The notes: generated by a model not told the origin, from the letters alone. A stretch of 63,302 nucleotides of DNA, filler included, from Trichomonas gallinae (GCA_008369845.1; 4 parts of 4 records of this genome joined end to end with filler, not necessarily neighbours in it); one strand, 5' to 3'. Positions 7,395 to 18,952 are shown, numbered from the whole stretch's first letter. Numbers and translations: made by a program.

Positions 7395-10394
7395 TTATGC
7401 TTTGGGCTTATCATCTCTAGCTCCCAGAGCTGCTTTGAGCTTTTCATTCTGATGCTTGAACTGGTTATACTTGTCTGTGAGCTTCGCAAGTGATTGTTCT
7501 CTTTTTTGAAGCATTGCTTTGAGTCTTTCGTTTGTTTCTTTCTCTTTCTCTAGTTTAAGGAGCTGCTCTTCCTGCAGCTGCTTCATTTCCAAGTATTTCA
7601 TCTTGAAAGACTTCATTTGTGCAGTAACTCTTTCGAGTTGTTCCATTTCCTTGGAAGTTGCTTCAGATCTACTCTCGGAAAGGTCTTCTCTCATCGATCT
7701 TGTGGCCTTCAGCTGCTCAAGCTGGTCCTTCATCACAGCAATTTTCTTCTTCAGCTCGAGGTTCTGTCTCTGAAGCTTTTGAGCGAATTGTGTTGATAGC
7801 TTAGAATCAGGCTGGCCTCTTTCGACACGATTTTCGTCATCTTCTTCATCTTTCTTAGCCGCGGCCGCAATTTTCATCCTGTATTCGTCAACAGTCTCTC
7901 TAGCGTTCCTAAGCATGTCCTCCAGATTTGAAATTCTGTCTTTCAACGCGTCGTTTTCTGCGTTTAATGCTTTGAGGCGTTTTGATACTTCCGGTAATTT
8001 AGAGTAATCTCCACCAGGTCCGAGTCCTCCATTCGCGACACTCTGCATTTCCTGGAACTCTTTGATTCTCGCTTCCAAGTTTCTAGCTGCTTCATCTTGT
8101 ATGTCTCTCAGTCTTTGTTTAAATGATTCTCTTTGTTCTTGCAGCTGTTTTTCAAGGCGTTCGATTGTATCTTGGCTGTCGCTGATCACTGTGTCTTTCT
8201 GCTTCATCCTTCTTGCGTAGTCGTCAAGCATCTTCTGCAGGTCAGCCATGTCTTCAGCCGCTTTCCTTTGGCGCTCGTTTCTGTCTCTTTCTCGCGATTC
8301 GAAGATTCTTCTCTCATCTTCGTTGGGGTAATCAATGACTTTATTCGTCCTGCTCATGCTCAAATCAGGAGTTTTTAGAGGTACAGAGAACGACTGAGCG
8401 ACAATAGACAAGAATAGTGGATCCTTTGGACGTTGTGGTGCTGGCATCTGAATGACTTTTGGCTCTATTGGCTGTGATTTAGGAAGTGATGTCATTTCTG
8501 CATATTCCGATCCTAATTTCATCAGTCTTTCTTTAAGCTCATCAACTTCAGCCTTGTTATTTTCAATCTGTGACTCTCTGTTTCTCAGAAGTTCCTCGAG
8601 CTCCTTGATTCTCTCCTTCATTGTTGCGTTCTCTGCCAAAGCAGTCTTCAATTGTTTCTGCACGTTCATGTATTGCTTCTGCAGATTTGCGACCCATTCA
8701 TCGCGCTCATCCGGACTGATGTCAACGAACTGAGGAGGAATTGGCTCATCACCTGCCTGCACTTCAACGTCTGCGAGATTAATTGGCTCAATTGGGCTTG
8801 TTGCTGTTTTAGTCTTAGTTTTCGCGGCCTCTGATATATAACTATCATCGATCGAACTTGGTGATGATGGAGTTGAAGGTTCAGCGACATGTGTCACTTC
8901 TCTCTGTCTGCGCAGTTTCTTTGGTCTCCTCCTTTGAGACATCTGTGCATCAACAGCTGCTCCAATGTTCATTCCGACGCCTTCACCCTGATTTACGACG
9001 ATCTTTATGTTGCCGAGCGGTGGATTTTCTCTCATCTCGCGAATTCTCGCGTTAAGTTCTCTTGTTGCCCTGTCGACTCTTGCCTTCTCGTCTTCTGCAA
9101 TCCTGCCATCCAAAGAATGCAGTAGTGCGTCAACGTCAAAATCTTTGCCGAGTTCGTGAGCAAGACCAGTAATGATTTTGTCCATCGAATTCACCTGAGC
9201 GATTAAGTCTGCGATGTGCTTTTCACGGACCTGCACCATAGCTCTGAGCTCCTTCAGTTCATCAATAGCATCAGGGAGACCGAATTCACCACGCTCGTAT
9301 TTAGAAACAAGACTTCTAAGTTCATTATTTTCGTTCGTTTTCTCTTCAACGTTCTTCCTTATATCATCCAAACTCTTTTTAGAGGACTCGCTGCTGGCTC
9401 TATATTCTTCAAGTTCGCGCTTGATACTCTCTATCTGGCGCTGCGATTCTTCGGCAAGGAGCTGCTTCTCTTCTCTGTATATAGCAATTTGGTTCGCAAA
9501 ATCTTCTGTGCTGTGTTTATATTGTAATAATTCCGCTTCATTTTTATTGAGCAAATCCTGGAGATGCTCGATTTGTTTCTGTCTGCCTTCAACTGCCTTC
9601 ATGAGTCTGTTTGCCCTACGCTCTTCTTCTTGCAATTTGATGATTCTTTCCTTCAATTCTCTGTTTTGAGTCTTGTATTTCAAGATTTGCTGTGACATTT
9701 CGTCATCTATTGCGCTTGTCTTGCCTAAATCTGCGCCACCTGTTACAGTTGTTGTAGTTGTAACAGCATTTTTATCGTATTTTCGTAATTTATTTTCATA
9801 TCTTTGACAGCGACGTTGTAGGTCTGAAATTTCGCTATCTTTAGCTGCTAACTGTTCCTTCATATCCTGAAATGCGTCCAAAAGTGTTTGATCGCGCTTC
9901 ATAAATTCTTCAGTAACAGCTTGCAATTCTTCATTCTTCTGGATCAAATCGGATATGTTTTTCTGGAAAACTTTCTTTTCCTCTAAGTTTAATGTTAATT
10001 GGGTCATTTGTTTCTTGATTGTCAGTTGATTCTTTTCAACTTCTTTTCTGAGTGTGGTAATTTGAATATCACGCGATGCAATGTCATTGTTTCGTGAGCT
10101 AACTTCACTAGACTGCTTAGTTACCTGATCTTCGTATATTCTCAGCTTAGAATTTAAAGTGCTTATTTTATCTTCAAGTGAAGTTCGCTCGCGGCGCAGT
10201 TTTTCGACTTCAGTATAGTATTGATTGTTCTCTTCGCGAAGTTTTTGAAGCTCAGCTGGATCCAAAGACCCAGAAACTTGTAAATTTTGCAATTGTTCAC
10301 GGAGATTCATATTTTCTTGTTGAAGATTATTGATCTGCTCATGGAGTGGCATAATCTGATCAGCAATAATTTGCTCTAGAGCAGCGTCATCCAT
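7395..10394 (-). CDS. Long coiled-coil protein, CEP290-like
   Basis: 999 aa from ATG 10394; heptad-rich; YERGEFGLPDAIDELKELRAMVQVREKHIADL resembles the CEP290 YESGVYGLEDAVVEIK segment. Confidence 0.6.
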   Translation of the reverse strand: MDDAALEQIIADQIMPLHEQINNLQQENMNLREQLQNLQVSGSLDPAELQKLREENNQYYTEVEKLRRERTSLEDKISTLNSKLRIYEDQVTKQSSEVSSRNNDIASRDIQITTLRKEVEKNQLTIKKQMTQLTLNLEEKKVFQKNISDLIQKNEELQAVTEEFMKRDQTLLDAFQDMKEQLAAKDSEISDLQRRCQRYENKLRKYDKNAVTTTTTVTGGADLGKTSAIDDEMSQQILKYKTQNRELKERIIKLQEEERRANRLMKAVEGRQKQIEHLQDLLNKNEAELLQYKHSTEDFANQIAIYREEKQLLAEESQRQIESIKRELEEYRASSESSKKSLDDIRKNVEEKTNENNELRSLVSKYERGEFGLPDAIDELKELRAMVQVREKHIADLIAQVNSMDKIITGLAHELGKDFDVDALLHSLDGRIAEDEKARVDRATRELNARIREMRENPPLGNIKIVVNQGEGVGMNIGAAVDAQMSQRRRPKKLRRQREVTHVAEPSTPSSPSSIDDSYISEAAKTKTKTATSPIEPINLADVEVQAGDEPIPPQFVDISPDERDEWVANLQKQYMNVQKQLKTALAENATMKERIKELEELLRNRESQIENNKAEVDELKERLMKLGSEYAEMTSLPKSQPIEPKVIQMPAPQRPKDPLFLSIVAQSFSVPLKTPDLSMSRTNKVIDYPNEDERRIFESRERDRNERQRKAAEDMADLQKMLDDYARRMKQKDTVISDSQDTIERLEKQLQEQRESFKQRLRDIQDEAARNLEARIKEFQEMQSVANGGLGPGGDYSKLPEVSKRLKALNAENDALKDRISNLEDMLRNARETVDEYRMKIAAAAKKDEEDDENRVERGQPDSKLSTQFAQKLQRQNLELKKKIAVMKDQLEQLKATRSMREDLSESRSEATSKEMEQLERVTAQMKSFKMKYLEMKQLQEEQLLKLEKEKETNERLKAMLQKREQSLAKLTDKYNQFKHQNEKLKAALGARDDKPKA

Positions 10395-10434
10395 GAATTT
10401 TTGAAGAAGAAATTTATTTTTTAACGTCCACTGA

Positions 10435-10623
10435 AAAAGTGACGAATTTAAAAGTGACAAAAAATCGACATTTCTAAAAGTGACATAATAAAAGTGTCAA
10501 GACTTAAAAGTGACTTAACTGAAAAGTAACTTTATATAAAAGCGACGAATTATCGAAGTGACAAATATTTTTGACCTCTAAAAGTGACATGATTAAAATT
10601 GACGAAGATTTTTAAAAGTGACA
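10435..10623 (+). promoter_or_regulatory. Array of AAAGTGAC (M2-like) motifs in a divergent promoter
   Basis: About 11 exact or near copies (aaaagtgac, aaagtgtca, aaagtaac, aaagcgac, gaagtgac) between two head-to-head genes. Confidence 0.75.
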
Positions 10624-11976
10624 ATGTATTACAAGGAAGAAAATGAAATTGATATTGATAGTATCAGCATGAAACAAACATATTCAGTTGCGCAAAAGAA
10701 GCCATGCTATTATCCTTCATATTTAGAAGATCCATATTTCTCTGATTTCCCGAATATTAAATATTTTTTCAATCTTGATTTTCATGAAGCAGAAGCATTT
10801 GAGCAGTTATATGCATCTGGATTTACAAATTACATATGCCATAAAATCAATTTTGAGTTAAATAATCAGAATGGTCAATATTTTTCTGACGTTTTCCGCA
10901 AAAAGAAAAGCGATCCTTTGCTGATTCTATCTGAAATTTGTATATTTATAGCTATTGCTCCGAAAAATATGCAAATGGATCTAATAAATACAGAATTTCC
11001 AAATTGCTTGATTAGTTTATTAAACAGCCCAAATACTCAGATACAGGAGAATTGTTTAATGAGTGTATCAGCTTTGATAACAGGAAATGTTGAATATATT
11101 GAATGTTTTAGATACAAACAATTAATTCCATTAATTTGCGATATTTTAGCGAATGCAATCAAAGACAAAATAAGAGACAGATGTGCATACATATTGACAG
11201 TTTTCTTGCAAATACAACTAGAAGACGAAGAAATTCAAGTTATTTTAACAAATTTATTAAAAATTGCAAAATCACATCACAGAAATTATAATAATTATCT
11301 TATAGTAGCATTATATTATATATCTAGACATTCTGCGCCTTTATTGTTGCAATTTAATCGATATCAATCATTGACTAATTTTATTGATATTCCTGATCCT
11401 GTTATATCAGAAATGGCCCGTTGTGCGCTTATCAATGTGATTCCATTCATGAATGATGAAATAATTATTGATTACATAGAAAATCAGAATATTTTAAAGA
11501 AAATAGAACACAAACTGACATATACACTGGAAACAAAGTGTATTCAATCTTATTTGCGTCTTCTAGCCGAAATTTTAACAAGATCTCCAAAACACCTTCA
11601 AAATTGTGTTGATTTAGGCATTTTTAATAAGATCGGTTGTATAATCCAGGCTGAAGTTCAGCAAAAGAAAGAACAAGCAGTTAATTTTTTAGTTTATATT
11701 TATCCAATTTTTCAAAACGCAATTTTTGAAGTAATTCCTATCGAATTCGACCTATTTTCAAACTTACTAGACCAGATTGGACACGTATCAGATGATTTAT
11801 CTATTAAAATTTTAGAGATTCTAGCAAATCACATGAAAATCACTATAGATTTCCCTGGTGAGCTAGCAGAAGATTTTAGAGATACTCTCATAGAATTAAC
11901 TGAGAATAATGGCAGTATTGGTGAACTAGCACATATAATACTTGAAGATTTATTCAAAGAGGAATCTGAATCATAA
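10624..11976 (+). CDS. ARM/HEAT-repeat protein (importin-alpha-like family)
   Basis: 450 aa; LISLLNSPNTQIQENCLMSVSAL and similar ARM-like helices; ATG at 10624. Confidence 0.7.
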   Translation: MYYKEENEIDIDSISMKQTYSVAQKKPCYYPSYLEDPYFSDFPNIKYFFNLDFHEAEAFEQLYASGFTNYICHKINFELNNQNGQYFSDVFRKKKSDPLLILSEICIFIAIAPKNMQMDLINTEFPNCLISLLNSPNTQIQENCLMSVSALITGNVEYIECFRYKQLIPLICDILANAIKDKIRDRCAYILTVFLQIQLEDEEIQVILTNLLKIAKSHHRNYNNYLIVALYYISRHSAPLLLQFNRYQSLTNFIDIPDPVISEMARCALINVIPFMNDEIIIDYIENQNILKKIEHKLTYTLETKCIQSYLRLLAEILTRSPKHLQNCVDLGIFNKIGCIIQAEVQQKKEQAVNFLVYIYPIFQNAIFEVIPIEFDLFSNLLDQIGHVSDDLSIKILEILANHMKITIDFPGELAEDFRDTLIELTENNGSIGELAHIILEDLFKEESES

Positions 11977-12891
11977 AATGACTGCAATAACACTTTGCAT
12001 CATTCAAGTTTATGCTTTTATCAATGAGCAAACATGAATTTATATTATTTTTAAGCAAAATTCAAAGACCATTTCAATTGTATTATTATATTTATATTGC
12101 TTTCATCCAGAGTATATGTTTATATTGTTATATAGCTAAATATTAGATTTGTTTATTTTCATATTAATCTGTTATGGTTACTCTATCAAATGCACGCCAA
12201 ATATTGTCCAAAATGGCAAAAATATCGCATTTATTGATATTACTATGGTTGATTCTTAATTTTATAAACATTTATTCGTAATTCACGGTTTTGCTATAGT
12301 TTAGCTTGTATTTTGTATCATTCCTCGTAGATTTCAATATAAAGAGTGAAAATAACATAATTCTGTGCAATAATTCAAATTTGTTATATTTTTCGTTTTG
12401 CATGATTGTAACTCGTAAATATTTGTATTAAAGTCTGACAGTATTTTGTAGGCAAATGATGGTGTAAAGTCGATTTCACTATCAAGATTTTTGAATTAAA
12501 GGTTGAATTGGATTTTGATGAAAAAATCAAGATGGAATAAGTTAGTTAGTGAATGAACATTATATTGCTTACTGATGGTCGACTACTTCAGCAAAGCATG
12601 ACTGGCAATGAATTTGACGCCTTTTCAATAGCTGTCAAAAATCAAGTTGGTACTGATAAAAGTGAGCTTAATTTTGATGTATTTATGATCAGAAGGTTAT
12701 ATGCGAAACTTTTACTAAAATCATCACAAAAATTCGTAATGATATAAAAAGTGAGTTTTTCTCGACACAGAACATGTTTTTTGTCATTTAATGTATTGTA
12801 ATATAAATACTATAGTATACACTATATGTTTTAGCAGCTAAAAACGAAAATAGCTAGAGATACAGTCAAAAACGTCACAAAAAACAAATCC

Positions 12892-13395
12892 ATGTCTGAT
12901 TCCTACTTCACGGAGTTTAGTGTATTCACAGATGAAGCTCCAATTGTAAATGATCATTTCTCAGTAGAAGATCTACGAGCTCTTATAGCTAAAGCACAAG
13001 AATTATCGAAAACTTCAAGAAAATCTAGTAAACATGAAGCATTTATAAAAATACTTGATGCTGTGTTCAGTTTCTGCATATTTGGTGGATATATTGACAA
13101 GCAAAGGTGTTTTGCGGCAGGGATTGCTTTTCTAGATAATAATCAATATGGAATATGTGTGAAAAAACTCTCAGCAATCCTTCATCGAGATATAAGCGGC
13201 ATCAATAAGTATTTGAAAAGCTTACAATTTGAATTGGTGCAACTTAGAGCGGATAATAATGAATTATTACAAAATTTTTTCAACACAGTCCCAAAGAAGA
13301 AGCTGAAAAGATGGTCAATTCGAAAATGTAAGAATGAAGAGTTTAATCAAAAATATGGAAACATTTTAGATTCCAATAATTTCATAGAACTATGA
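12892..13395 (+). CDS. Initiator-binding domain (IBD, IBP39-like) protein
   Basis: F..ILDA.F.FC....D..RC...GI.FL...ICVKKL..IL.R..SGIN..L....F and terminal KRWSIR, the IBD pattern. Confidence 0.85.
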   Translation: MSDSYFTEFSVFTDEAPIVNDHFSVEDLRALIAKAQELSKTSRKSSKHEAFIKILDAVFSFCIFGGYIDKQRCFAAGIAFLDNNQYGICVKKLSAILHRDISGINKYLKSLQFELVQLRADNNELLQNFFNTVPKKKLKRWSIRKCKNEEFNQKYGNILDSNNFIEL

Positions 13396-14031
13396 GCTAT
13401 CATGCTTACCAATAGACCATAATGCATATATATATAGAAAATATACTGTTTCATTGTTTACTTTCTTATTATATTTATCGAAATTATATTAAATTTATGC
13501 ATTGTTCAAATTATAATACAACTTCCTTTAAACACTTTTTATTTTATATTAATATTGATTTTTCATAGATATCTATATGATCATTATTTCATCGTGTGAT
13601 CTGTTTCGTGCCTATGTTAAATATTTGATTTTATAGGTTAAATGCTCCATATATACAACAAAAAAAAGCATTTGTTACTGTGTCAGGCTTTGAATAACAT
13701 TCTTTGAAATATAGGAAATTAGGAAAACCGTTCCCGGGATCTAACTTACGTGACAAAAATCTGTTTACAGGTCAAAATTCTAATTTAATTTCATTATCTA
13801 TCAATTCCAAGAAGAAATTACAATAATTTAATTTCTTTTACAGGGATAAAGAAAAACAAGGAAATTGACAACTGAGGCACATAGTTGGGTAAATTGTTTG
13901 AAAAATATCGAAATTTTCAGACTAAAAACTTCTGAAAGGCAAAAAAATATTGAGTAGTGGCGTTGTATGACACAGTTTATCTTCATTATCTAATATGGTA
14001 CCAAACAAATATTTATTAAAAATAAACAATA

Positions 14032-15687
14032 TTATTTTCTTTGTTTTCTCCTTCTCCAGTCAGCAATTGGTTCAACAATTTCAAGAGTTCCGTTAGTTCT
14101 CATTCTTCCGAGGTCACCAGTTGCAAACCATCCATCTTTCAGCCTGTCAGCTGTTAACGATCCATTTCTTACATATCCGGCGAAAACATTTGGACCTCTA
14201 ACGAAAATCTGTCCTGGGTCCATCCTGCTTACATTAAAGTTCGCATCATTGAAGTCCCTCAGTTTAACTTCGCAGCACAAAGTTGGCGCGCCGATGCTCA
14301 TGCAGTCGTCGTCACCTAGAGATGTTACACTGATAACACCAGCTGTTTCAGCACAGCCGTAAATCTGAATGACAGGCACGTGTAGCATCACTCTAACGAG
14401 GTGAAGTGTTGATGGCTCTAAATAATCACCTGTTGATATTACTGTTCTCAGTCTCCCTCCAGCTTTGTTCTGGAATGGCCTGACAATCAGCTCCCTGAAG
14501 AACCATGGAACTTCGCTGCCACTTTCAAGGCATTGAGCGATAACAGCGAAGCCGAAGTCAAGGAAGAATCTCCTGAATGCATTGCTTTTGTGCGCGCTCA
14601 AAATTAACGACTCAGCGACATCATTCAGCGACTGCGGAGTGAAGCTGGCGAGCGTAGGCTGTATCTCAGCAAGTGCCATTACTGGTGGGTCGTGGGAGAA
14701 GCCAATACAGCCGCCGTTTGCCATGATAGCCAATTCTATAGATCTTTCGACAGGCTTCACCATGGAAATCGATGAGTAATAAATGGCTTGGCCGAAATCA
14801 TAACCACATGAAGCTAGACCAGCTGCAGCAGCAATCAGATTCGAATGTGTTAATATGCAAGCTGCAATTACTCCACCTCGGCCAGAAGTTACATTGTAAA
14901 CGCATGTTGAGTTCGCATATTGAGCTGGAAGGTTTGATAAATCTTTGACTTTTGATAATAGTAATGTATAAATTGGAACAATTGGGATTGATCCGATCGA
15001 ATTTAATTCGCTTTGATAATCTGCCTGTAATTCTTGAAATTCTTGTTCATCACATGCAACAATGATTTCCTTGAGTGTTTCTGGCTGCTCTTGTAGTAAA
15101 AGATCAAATAATTTTTGAAAAGTATATCTAGTGCAGATAACTACTGAGCATCTGTATGTATCTATGATATTATATGTGATTGGAAGCGGAAAATCAACAT
15201 CTATCGGGAAGAAAATTGATCCTAAATATGCAACTGCCCATTGAACAACAGCAAACCATTCCGAATTTTCTATATACACGCCTGTAATTGTATTTTCATC
15301 GAAACCACGGTTAAGAAAAGCTGCCGCGAGTTTTTTAACCAATGCATCAAAATCTCCGTATGTCATCCATTCGTATGCGCTGTTGCTCTCTGTGTCTATT
15401 ACTTTTTCGTCTTCTTTTTCATCTGTCGTCAAATTTTCCATAGATTTATTTTTATCATTATCAAAAACGCGTTTTGTTCCAATTAAAGGCTTGTCATGAT
15501 ACATGTCGACGATATTATTGAATAATTCACGCATTGTAAAAGTCTGTGGGAACAATGGGAAAGCTCCGCATATTTGGCCTTCATTATCTGTTAAACATTG
15601 GACATTCCTGTAATGTAGTGTTGTACAGCAGTCTTCACGCTCATTACCTGTATATCCATAAATATTAGGAGGATGAAAAACTCTCAT
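14032..15687 (-). CDS. Long-chain acyl-CoA synthetase-like AMP-binding protein, divergent and C-terminally truncated
   Basis: QIYGCAET, GQIFVRGPNVFAGY and DGWFATGDLG motifs; degenerate P-loop YNVTSGRGG; ORF ends right after the GD motif. Confidence 0.8.
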   Translation of the reverse strand: MRVFHPPNIYGYTGNEREDCCTTLHYRNVQCLTDNEGQICGAFPLFPQTFTMRELFNNIVDMYHDKPLIGTKRVFDNDKNKSMENLTTDEKEDEKVIDTESNSAYEWMTYGDFDALVKKLAAAFLNRGFDENTITGVYIENSEWFAVVQWAVAYLGSIFFPIDVDFPLPITYNIIDTYRCSVVICTRYTFQKLFDLLLQEQPETLKEIIVACDEQEFQELQADYQSELNSIGSIPIVPIYTLLLSKVKDLSNLPAQYANSTCVYNVTSGRGGVIAACILTHSNLIAAAAGLASCGYDFGQAIYYSSISMVKPVERSIELAIMANGGCIGFSHDPPVMALAEIQPTLASFTPQSLNDVAESLILSAHKSNAFRRFFLDFGFAVIAQCLESGSEVPWFFRELIVRPFQNKAGGRLRTVISTGDYLEPSTLHLVRVMLHVPVIQIYGCAETAGVISVTSLGDDDCMSIGAPTLCCEVKLRDFNDANFNVSRMDPGQIFVRGPNVFAGYVRNGSLTADRLKDGWFATGDLGRMRTNGTLEIVEPIADWRRRKQRK

Positions 15688-16076
15688 TTAGAACGTTTTT
15701 TAATTCTAAAATCTAATAAATTTTCTAAAATCTACTTGACAAATGTCAAAATAAATTTTTAATCAAGAGGTTCAAGTTCGATTTAACATTAACTAACTTT
15801 TTTCCCCTATTTCTCCAAAATTCTATTTGTTAATATGTTATTACCTGGATGCACATATATAAATCACTAAGGAAAAACCAACTGTTGCAGCATTCATCAT
15901 ACTGTTGTTGTCAATAAATATTATTACAAAAAAATTTTAAGTCCCCCATACTAAAAGGATCAAAATGAAAATGCTATGACAGGAAATGAGCTGTTACATT
16001 TCACTTATTTACTTTGTTAAAAGTTTCATTATTGAAAATTTATGTCATGTAAAGTTTGAATTTTGACAAATATTTT

Positions 16077-17225
16077 ATGTTCACTGCAAAAGATTTTACT
16101 GAGCGAAGAATTAAGTTACTTGACTCACTGCCCGAAAAAATTGCTACTGTTGTTGTATCTGGCAGAGAAGTACTGTGGAGATCACAAAATGTTCCAATGG
16201 AATTATTCCAATTCTCAGATATGATCTATTTAACAGGATACGATAAAGTATCTGGTACATTAGTCATGACAAAAGATAATAACGTTTACAAATCAGTACT
16301 TTTTTTACCGACCAAGGATAAATTTTTAGATCCCAACGCATTTGGCCGTATATCATTTGAAGAAACATTTAAAAACAGTGGAGTTGATGAAGTATTGCCA
16401 TTAACATCACTACCAAAATATCTTCCAGATTTATTGAAGTCACGCCAAGTTTATTGCTCTTTTCCACCGCAGCAGTCAGGAATACCTCCATTTAAGAATT
16501 TGGGTCCATTTATGGATAAGCTTAGAATTGTTAAATCACAAAAAGAAATTGAATTAATTAAAAAAGCATGTGATATATCGCGTGCTGCTATTACAAAAGC
16601 TTTAGAAGGCGTAACACCAGGCACAAATGAAGCAGAAATTGAACATAAATTTTATCATGAAATTTCAAAAGGCGGATCAAACACATTGGCTTATCCAACA
16701 GTTGTTGCATCTGGTCCTAATGCTCTTTGCTTGCATTATCTTGAAAATAACCGTCCCGTTCAAGATGGTGAAGCAATTATGATGGATGCTGCATGCTCTT
16801 ATCAGCATTATTGCTCAGATTTTACAAGATCAATTGGTGTTGGCAAGATCACCGAAGTTAAACGCTGTGTTCTTGAAATGGTTGATTCTGTTAAAAATTT
16901 CATAGTCAAACATGCGCGTGCAAGAGCATTTCAAACGTTAAATCAAGTCCACTACACAAGTGAGCAACTCCTTCTTCGTGGATTGAAGGAAATAGGAATT
17001 GATTATAATCCATATAAAATCCGTCAAATTTATCCGCATGCTAGCTCCCATTGGATCGGAATGGATGTTCATGACTGTGATTCAATCGGTTTTGATTATC
17101 AACTTCGGAAAGGAAACGTTTTCTCTGTCGAACCTGGTTTATACTTTGATCCATATTATCCTGAAACTCCAAAAGAACTAGTTGGCCTCGGTTGCAGATT
17201 TGAAGACACTGTTATCATCGAATAA
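16077..17225 (+). CDS. Xaa-Pro aminopeptidase (M24B)
   Basis: Metal-ligand motifs MMDAAC..YCSDFTRS, HASSHWIGMDVHD, SVEPG and RFED; AMP_N-like N-terminus; ATG at 16077. Confidence 0.92.
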   Translation: MFTAKDFTERRIKLLDSLPEKIATVVVSGREVLWRSQNVPMELFQFSDMIYLTGYDKVSGTLVMTKDNNVYKSVLFLPTKDKFLDPNAFGRISFEETFKNSGVDEVLPLTSLPKYLPDLLKSRQVYCSFPPQQSGIPPFKNLGPFMDKLRIVKSQKEIELIKKACDISRAAITKALEGVTPGTNEAEIEHKFYHEISKGGSNTLAYPTVVASGPNALCLHYLENNRPVQDGEAIMMDAACSYQHYCSDFTRSIGVGKITEVKRCVLEMVDSVKNFIVKHARARAFQTLNQVHYTSEQLLLRGLKEIGIDYNPYKIRQIYPHASSHWIGMDVHDCDSIGFDYQLRKGNVFSVEPGLYFDPYYPETPKELVGLGCRFEDTVIIE

Positions 17226-17558
17226 ATTTTTTTATATTTCTATTTCAAATATATTGTAGTAATGTTTTAATGATTAGACTTTATTATATATTTTTATAGT
17301 TGATATTTGTCTAAAACACTATTAAATCAATTATTAATAAAGTTAATATTAGTTAAAGAGATGTAAGAATGTGTAATATGGTGAAGATGAAGTAGATTTA
17401 TGGACATGAATGATTTGTTGTGATTTAAAATGAATAATTTCTTGAATATTTATGGTAAATTTATAAAATAATTATTTAAAATTAATATATGTTTGAAATA
17501 GTGTTTATTTTTATGTTTAAATCATTCAACCAATTAATAAAATTTTTCATTTTTCTCG

Positions 17559-18467
17559 ATGTCAAAGGAGTCGATAAAAGAAGATTTCGAAATCTATTTG
17601 AGCTGCAACCCTGAGAGGGTCAAAGAATGCAGAACCACCCTTATGCTTTACTCCCCAGCAAGTCTCATGGAAGTTATTTATTTACCAAAAGATTCCGAAG
17701 AAAGATTCAGAGTCTATGATTTGCTTTTTGAGCTCGGGAAACCCGGAGAAAAGCTTCTTGAAAAAATTTATGACGAATGCAAGAACAAAGAAGATCCACT
17801 TTCACAACTTGCTGCAATTGAATTCATTCATGAACATAAAATGTACTCTCCTGATCTTTTTATATCATTATTCAACGAGTACTCCAATGATCCAATACTA
17901 TTTCCAACGATTGCCGCTACAACTATTCCGATGCTTCTAAAAGAGCCAGAAAAACACGTAGAAATGCTAAAAACAGTTATTGATCAAGCTGTAGACGATC
18001 ATAATTTGTTAGGTGTGCTTCCAGACATTGCTAGAACGAAGTTTGGAGCAAAATTATTAATTGAATCTCCAAAGTTTATGGAATTCATTGAGCAAATACA
18101 AACAAATCCAGATCTCAGAACAATGAACTTCTACATTAGAACATTAATGGTTCCAAATCTTGATGATCCAAAAACTATTTTCCTTCCTTTGAAAGAAATT
18201 ACAAGAGCATTAAATAACCCACATATTGGCTTACGTGTTGCCGTATTAGAACACATCGCTGCGACTGCAAAATACTGTATTAACGAATTTCTCCAAGATC
18301 ACAACCTCATGAGTGCATTATGCGACACATCTAGTGATAGCACGATCGATGAAGAAAAATCTCGCCTCAAAGCTCAAGACGCTTTAGGTATCAGTATCCA
18401 AGTCAGCGGAAAGCCTGGAATTACTCAAATCAAGAAGGTTGCAGAGCCAGAAGTTATGGTTATTTAA
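17559..18467 (+). CDS. Helical-repeat hypothetical protein (possibly PSMD5/Hsm3-like)
   Basis: 302-aa ORF with Inr TCATTT just upstream; DPLSQLAAIEF helix; family call tentative. Confidence 0.6.
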   Translation: MSKESIKEDFEIYLSCNPERVKECRTTLMLYSPASLMEVIYLPKDSEERFRVYDLLFELGKPGEKLLEKIYDECKNKEDPLSQLAAIEFIHEHKMYSPDLFISLFNEYSNDPILFPTIAATTIPMLLKEPEKHVEMLKTVIDQAVDDHNLLGVLPDIARTKFGAKLLIESPKFMEFIEQIQTNPDLRTMNFYIRTLMVPNLDDPKTIFLPLKEITRALNNPHIGLRVAVLEHIAATAKYCINEFLQDHNLMSALCDTSSDSTIDEEKSRLKAQDALGISIQVSGKPGITQIKKVAEPEVMVI

Positions 18468-18952
18468 AATGTTTATTATTGCAAATTATTTTAAAAATTT
18501 ATTTCATTCAAATAATTTATGCAAAATAAAAAATAATATATGCACACATAATGAAAACGTTTCGAATTGTGAAAATCATGAAATGATTGGAATTAAATGA
18601 AATTAGTGATCAATTTCCAAGAAAATACCTGATGTGAAAGAAACACTTATTTTAATTCAAAATACTGCTACAAAGCTTTAGCGAGATGTCCTATCATTAA
18701 GAACACATAGATTCGATTTTTTGGCATATTTTGAGCTGAAAATCACTCGGCATATTAGACAAATATGCAACATATTACCTGGCTTCTGAATACAGTTTTA
18801 AAGCATCATTTGTCAGATATGAAGTCTCTTCTTTGTTAATTTTATTTTTTTTTTTTTTTTTGCGAATTTTTTTTTTTCAAATCTGTTCATTCAAATAATA
18901 TAATTAACTAACAATTTAGCATAACAAATAATATACAAAATAATATATAAAG

